Virus record (IMG/VR): IMGVR_UViG_3300050331_000090
Location: 1-38,095 of that record
Source: a virus
Taxonomy: Duplodnaviria; Caudoviricetes
Strand: one strand, 5' to 3'
DNA length: 38,095 nucleotides
Shown: positions 34,082 through 38,095 of the stretch, piece by piece
Position numbering within the stretch: position 1 is the stretch's first letter
Layout of the letters: the number at the start of each line of letters is the position of its first letter
The notes under the pieces: model-generated
Told to the model about the DNA's origin: nothing
The model's input: the letters and a program-made list of their open reading frames with translations, nothing else
Database searches by the model: none
Program-made: the position numbers and the translations under genes

Positions 34082-35372
34082 ATGTAGCTATTTTCTCACG
34101 CAAGATAGTCTCCGCAGTCAAGCCCGGTCGTTGACGTTCGACCGCTCGTGCTAGCTGCGTTGGGTCGGCTTCGACCAACCAGTCATTTAGACCAATCTTG
34201 GCGAAGGGGGCAGGGTCTAGCAGACCTGGGACTTCATCGTGCATCGACAGCACCGCCTCATATTTTTTGAGGCTCCTGATGAGCTCGATGACCTCTGGGT
34301 CGATGATGTCCTTGGAAGCTTTGATATCGGCGGCGGTCATCTTGAGAAAGAATGAAATGGGAATACCCGTAGTGGAGTTGGCGACCGTATTTTTCTTGCC
34401 GCTGGTGACTTCGAGCTGTCCCAAATTTTGATGGGCCATCATCGGGTAGACCCCGGATACCTGGCCTTGATCAAGCATGGCCGAGAAGTTGGCACCAGCG
34501 TATTTATGGAACTCGTCGCAGACCAGTCGGATCGTCCGCATGCCGGGCTGGTGACGCCGGGAAAAGAGGTAGTTCATGGCAATGGCCAGAATTAGCGAAG
34601 CGTAGTCTTCGCGCTGATCCCACACGATGTCGGTAGCGCAATCCACCACCACCAGCTTGCCGTCCTCCAGCCACTCTTCCAAGTGGATTGAGGTCTTGTT
34701 GATGAGCAGGTATTTGAGCGATTCAGGAGCCAGCATGTTGAACAGCCGGTTCATCACCGAGTTGACTTCAGAGGTTCGGGCAGAGGCTGGATGGTCTTTG
34801 GACTCGAAGCGATCCCATTCTTTGACCAGCTCTTGGTTCATGTGCAGCCGGCCTGAGCGGTAGGGCTCCAAAAACCGCAGTCGATAGACCGGCTCGGTCA
34901 GGATCATCCGCACTTTGACCATGTTGGGATCGTCGTCATACATGATGGTCCGCAGAGCCAGATTGAGGAACCGCCGAAACTGCTGCATGACCTCCAAATC
35001 GGCTTCCGCCAGCCGCTCGAACATCGCCAGGGCGTTGACGACGATGTTCTCCACGCTGACCCGATCCCGGTCATGAATCTCTATCGGGTTAAGGCCCCAG
35101 TGGTACATCCGGCCATCAAAGACATTCTTGCCCAGGCGGATATAGATTAGGCGATCCGGGTCGGCGCGGGCCGCAATGTCCTCGGCCAGCAGGCCGTCCT
35201 TGACATCAATGACTAGCACGCCTTCATCGGCAGCGTTGAGCTGGAGGGCGAGGTTGCCGAGCAGCACCGATTTGCCATGGCGCGGCAGGCCCAGCACCAT
35301 CACCGGGCAGCGCATTTCGTCCTGCTCAAGCTCCAGCTCGATGCCGGTTTCGTACTGCCCAACGGTAATCAT
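33939..35372 (-). CDS. Type IV coupling protein-like ATPase (VirD4/TraG/TrwB)
   Basis: Walker A GLPRHGKS, VIDVKDG, GLNPI, Walker B LVCDEFH, AHQNLGQL. Confidence 0.85.
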   Translation of the reverse strand: MITVGQYETGIELELEQDEMRCPVMVLGLPRHGKSVLLGNLALQLNAADEGVLVIDVKDGLLAEDIAARADPDRLIYIRLGKNVFDGRMYHWGLNPIEIHDRDRVSVENIVVNALAMFERLAEADLEVMQQFRRFLNLALRTIMYDDDPNMVKVRMILTEPVYRLRFLEPYRSGRLHMNQELVKEWDRFESKDHPASARTSEVNSVMNRLFNMLAPESLKYLLINKTSIHLEEWLEDGKLVVVDCATDIVWDQREDYASLILAIAMNYLFSRRHQPGMRTIRLVCDEFHKYAGANFSAMLDQGQVSGVYPMMAHQNLGQLEVTSGKKNTVANSTTGIPISFFLKMTAADIKASKDIIDPEVIELIRSLKKYEAVLSMHDEVPGLLDPAPFAKIGLNDWLVEADPTQLARAVERQRPGLTAETILREKIATYEVLGSTGKPNRNAGSAEPVRQADDGPDRPTFIRGSTRSARRPAAES

Positions 35373-35944
35373 TTTCGTTTGCGTAGCCGCTCCAGCAGCA
35401 GGGACATGTTCTGATTCTTCGCACGGGAATCCAACTTCCCACCCATGGCTTTTTCCAAGAGCCGTTGCGTCTCTTCCAATTCTCTGGCCAGGTCCTCGTA
35501 GGACTTCTCCTGCGGGGCGATCAATTCGGCCTGCAGCCGCAGGATTTTCTCCTCCTGAATTCGATTGAGTGCCGCCTCAGAAGCATCGTGCTTCCGGATC
35601 TGTTCTTTCTCCTTGGCGTCCAATGCCAGGCCAAGGACATCCCGCAGGAAGGTCAGCTGTGCCGTCGTCAGCAGTCCCTGCAGGCGTAAGAATTCGATCT
35701 GGTAGTTGCTCATCGACTGCAAAGTCTGGATCTGGGTCTGTTGCCAGGCTTGAATCGTCGCGAGATTCTCCGCCTTGCGGGTGTCCTCTTTGGAAAGCTT
35801 GAGCAGTCGATTGGTTTCCATGTTGTGCATATAGCGCTCTCGGAAGAAACCACCGGGACCGAACATCCCTCGCTGGATGGCAGCACCAAGGACCACCGCG
35901 CCAATCATGACCACAAGTACAAAAGCAGCGATGAGGTCATCCAC
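35369..35944 (-). CDS. Single-TM coiled-coil protein
   Basis: N-terminal hydrophobic helix, Q/E/L-rich remainder; ATGA-coupled to the ATPase. Confidence 0.75.
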   Translation of the reverse strand: MDDLIAAFVLVVMIGAVVLGAAIQRGMFGPGGFFRERYMHNMETNRLLKLSKEDTRKAENLATIQAWQQTQIQTLQSMSNYQIEFLRLQGLLTTAQLTFLRDVLGLALDAKEKEQIRKHDASEAALNRIQEEKILRLQAELIAPQEKSYEDLARELEETQRLLEKAMGGKLDSRAKNQNMSLLLERLRKRK

Positions 35945-36335
35945 GTTCGGCCTCGCTTTGTTTCATCAGATCGTGATAGTCGATGGGGTTCTCCGGTTCA
36001 GGAGACAGGTCAATGATTTCATCCACCACGCTCTTTTTGTGTTCGACCACTCGGTGCCATTGCACCTCTCGGACGACGACATAGGCGTACCGTAAGGCAA
36101 TGACTTTCGCAGACTCGATCAAAATCCAGCTGCCAATCACAACCATGACGACCGTAATCACATATTTAGACCACTGGGGTCGATCCGCACTCCACACGAT
36201 AAGCGTCGCCACTGTCAACGCGGCCATGCATAACAGCGCCACTGCAAGCGTTTTGCGATGCTCCCAGGTCGCCTCATCTAGCGCGTCTTGCAGGTAGTCC
36301 AGGCGCTCCATACCGGAAATCGGGTCCCGCTCCAC
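35937..36335 (-). CDS. Two-TM membrane protein
   Basis: Two hydrophobic helices; GGGAGG SD before GTG. Confidence 0.75.
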   Translation of the reverse strand: MERDPISGMERLDYLQDALDEATWEHRKTLAVALLCMAALTVATLIVWSADRPQWSKYVITVVMVVIGSWILIESAKVIALRYAYVVVREVQWHRVVEHKKSVVDEIIDLSPEPENPIDYHDLMKQSEAERG

Positions 36336-36520
36336 AGGCAGTCCTCCCTATAGGAATAGTTTGTTGGTTTGGAACGGCAGTATATCTGAAGTAAAAGATG
36401 TCGAAGGTGTATTGACGCGAAAGTTTGACAACTCATTGACGTAATAGAATGAAGCTGCCAGTTGGCGGGCACGACCCCCGCAACGCCACCGTCGCTCAGC
36501 GCGTTCCGGCATCACTAGCG

Positions 36521-36548
36521 TTGACACGCCTCTTGTTCCCCGTATGGT
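36521..36548 (+). promoter_or_regulatory. Putative rightward promoter
   Basis: TTGACA-16 nt-TATGGT. Confidence 0.4.
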
Positions 36549-36809
36549 GCAAGAGCAGGACTTATGTTCTTTTGTGGCCACATTGAACCAATGTCTACGG
36601 GGCAGGCCTGGGAGATACAACCAGGAACAGAACCTTCAACCCGTGGCAGGGGGTCCAAATTACCTCGCCAGCTGGCCCAAGGGGTATCATGCGCGTGGGT
36701 ACAGGCTTTGTCATGTTGGCGGGTTCAAAGTCTACCTTTGGCGAGGCTCAGAGTTCTGGTCTGAGTAACAGGAAGACGTGCAAATAGATTCGCTACAACC
36801 CTAACCAAC

Positions 36810-37058
36810 ATGCTCGTGCACCAGAAGTTGTCACCACTCTCCGAGCTTAGCGGCGTTGACGCTGCGTACATTCGGAAGCTGTTGAGCGGCGAGAAACATC
36901 GTCCGTCACCGGAAACGGTAGTGAAGCTGTGGATCGGTCTGATTATGGACCCTGTGTTGGTCGAGGCAGATCCCACCTTCGTTCACGGACTCGATGCGCT
37001 GCTCCGGGCTTGCGCGATGACAGCAACCTCCTTCAAGGTCATGGCCGACGCGGCCTAG
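36810..37058 (+). CDS. XRE-family HTH regulator (candidate repressor)
   Basis: LSELSGVDAAYIRKLLSGEKHRPSPETVVKL; divergent from the early operon. Confidence 0.75.
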   Translation: MLVHQKLSPLSELSGVDAAYIRKLLSGEKHRPSPETVVKLWIGLIMDPVLVEADPTFVHGLDALLRACAMTATSFKVMADAA

Positions 37059-37111
37059 TCATTTCGACTTTTTTCCTGCTTTGTAAGTCCATGGGCCTGT
37101 ACCCGCCCAAT

Positions 37112-37132
37112 AAAAAAGGCCCCGAAGGGCCT
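37112..37132 (-). terminator. Intrinsic terminator of the integrase gene
   Basis: AGGCCC-TTCG-GGGCCT-TTTTT just after the stop. Confidence 0.85.
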
Positions 37133-37135
37133 GTG

Positions 37136-38095
37136 CTATCCAGCTCGTTTTGTTGAATATCGTTGCCGTCGCCGTTGCAGCTCGTCCGGTTGATCTTTGA
37201 TGACCGAGACGAACGGTGATGCAGCGTCATGGGCGGCCAGTAGGTCTTCGTCCGTCAGGTTGACGTAACGCCGGGTCGTGCTATAGTCCTCATGCCCGAG
37301 CAGCATCGACAGATGATCCCCAGTCGTTCCCTTGCGAACCATCTCAGTGGCAAACTGATGCCTGAGCAGGTGCGGGTGAAAATGCTCCAGTCCCGTCTCG
37401 TCCTTGATTCTGCGGAAGGTGGTTCTGATCCCTGCCGAGGAAAGGTGGAACAGCGGCTCGTCATCAATTCCCCTGATGGAGAGGAACTCCCGAAGGTACT
37501 CTCTGACCCGTGGCGAGAAGAATACTCTGCGCTCCTTGTTGCCCTTGCCAATGACCGTCAGGCGTCTGGCTTCCAGGTTGAGACTGCGAAGCGTCAGAGA
37601 TGCCGCCTCCTCTCTGCGGATACCCGTATCGAGCATCAAGGCCACCATCGCCCGGTTGCGGATCGAGCGAGTGGAGTTGCCAGTCAGGTAGGCGCTTGAC
37701 CACATCCGCTCAACTTCCGTCTCATCCAATACCCTAAACAGCCGCTTCGGCATGGTCGGCATCGGACAGAACACTTCCTTTTGAAGATACTCGTTGCGGT
37801 AGAGCCATTTAGTGAAGGCTCGCATATCCCGCAGGTGGCAGTGAATCCCGACTTCGCTCCGGACGGTTGAGCCATGCTGGGGCTTGATCGGCAGATCCCG
37901 AAGCCAGATGGTGAAGGCTTCCATGGTCGCCGTGGTAATGACCGAAGCGTCTGAGGGAAGGCCTGTCTCCTCGACAAACCTGCGGAAATAGGCAAAGGTG
38001 AAGCCGTATCGGTCTTTGGTTCCCTTGGCTCGATTCTTGGAGAGCTGAAACCGCTGGTAGGCTTCGATCAGGTCGTCTAAGGTGTTACTGTCCAT
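37136..38095 (-). CDS. int: Tyrosine recombinase/integrase
   Basis: TGIRREE, GKGNKER, HPHLLRH, LLGH, TTRRY. Confidence 0.95.
   Translation of the reverse strand: MDSNTLDDLIEAYQRFQLSKNRAKGTKDRYGFTFAYFRRFVEETGLPSDASVITTATMEAFTIWLRDLPIKPQHGSTVRSEVGIHCHLRDMRAFTKWLYRNEYLQKEVFCPMPTMPKRLFRVLDETEVERMWSSAYLTGNSTRSIRNRAMVALMLDTGIRREEAASLTLRSLNLEARRLTVIGKGNKERRVFFSPRVREYLREFLSIRGIDDEPLFHLSSAGIRTTFRRIKDETGLEHFHPHLLRHQFATEMVRKGTTGDHLSMLLGHEDYSTTRRYVNLTDEDLLAAHDAASPFVSVIKDQPDELQRRRQRYSTKRAG

Larger units (their letters stand above)
1..38095 (-). mobile_element. Prophage (siphovirus-like tail, Mu-like head genes, tyrosine integrase) carrying a T4CP/relaxase module; both ends extend beyond the window
   Basis: Co-oriented terminase-portal-protease-capsid-tail operon, with an integrase at the right edge. 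Confidence 0.95.

Noticed and set aside
36348-36800. Short ORFs and imperfect TTGGCG repeats (36716, 36738) in the control region
   Set aside because: ORFs lack support, and the repeats are too degenerate to call
37059-38095. Attachment site
   Set aside because: The window ends at the integrase start codon and no matching repeat is visible

Overview
The window is most of an integrated temperate phage, almost entirely on the minus strand. From right to left it carries a tyrosine integrase, an XRE-type regulator, a four-gene mobilisation block (two membrane proteins, a VirD4/TraG-like coupling ATPase and a Replic_Relax/MOB_C-like relaxase), and an early region. The early region holds small ORFs, strongly folded intergenic spacers, a Gam-like gene, an orphan C5 methyltransferase with an overlapping alternative-frame ORF, and one full plus one truncated ArdC-like gene. 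Next come a complete HTH-Dcm/Vsr/EcoRII-like R-M cassette, several morons, terminase, Mu-like head genes, a 975-aa fibre with 16 HxH repeats, and a siphovirus-type tail with a programmed -1 frameshift. No Mu transposase, VirB4/pilus, helicase, primase or polymerase gene is recognisable, and lysis genes and att sites are not in the window. At least five genes are split by single-base deletions, probably sequencing errors. The main novelty is the phage/mobilisable-element hybrid architecture. All family calls come from motif recognition, not database searches.
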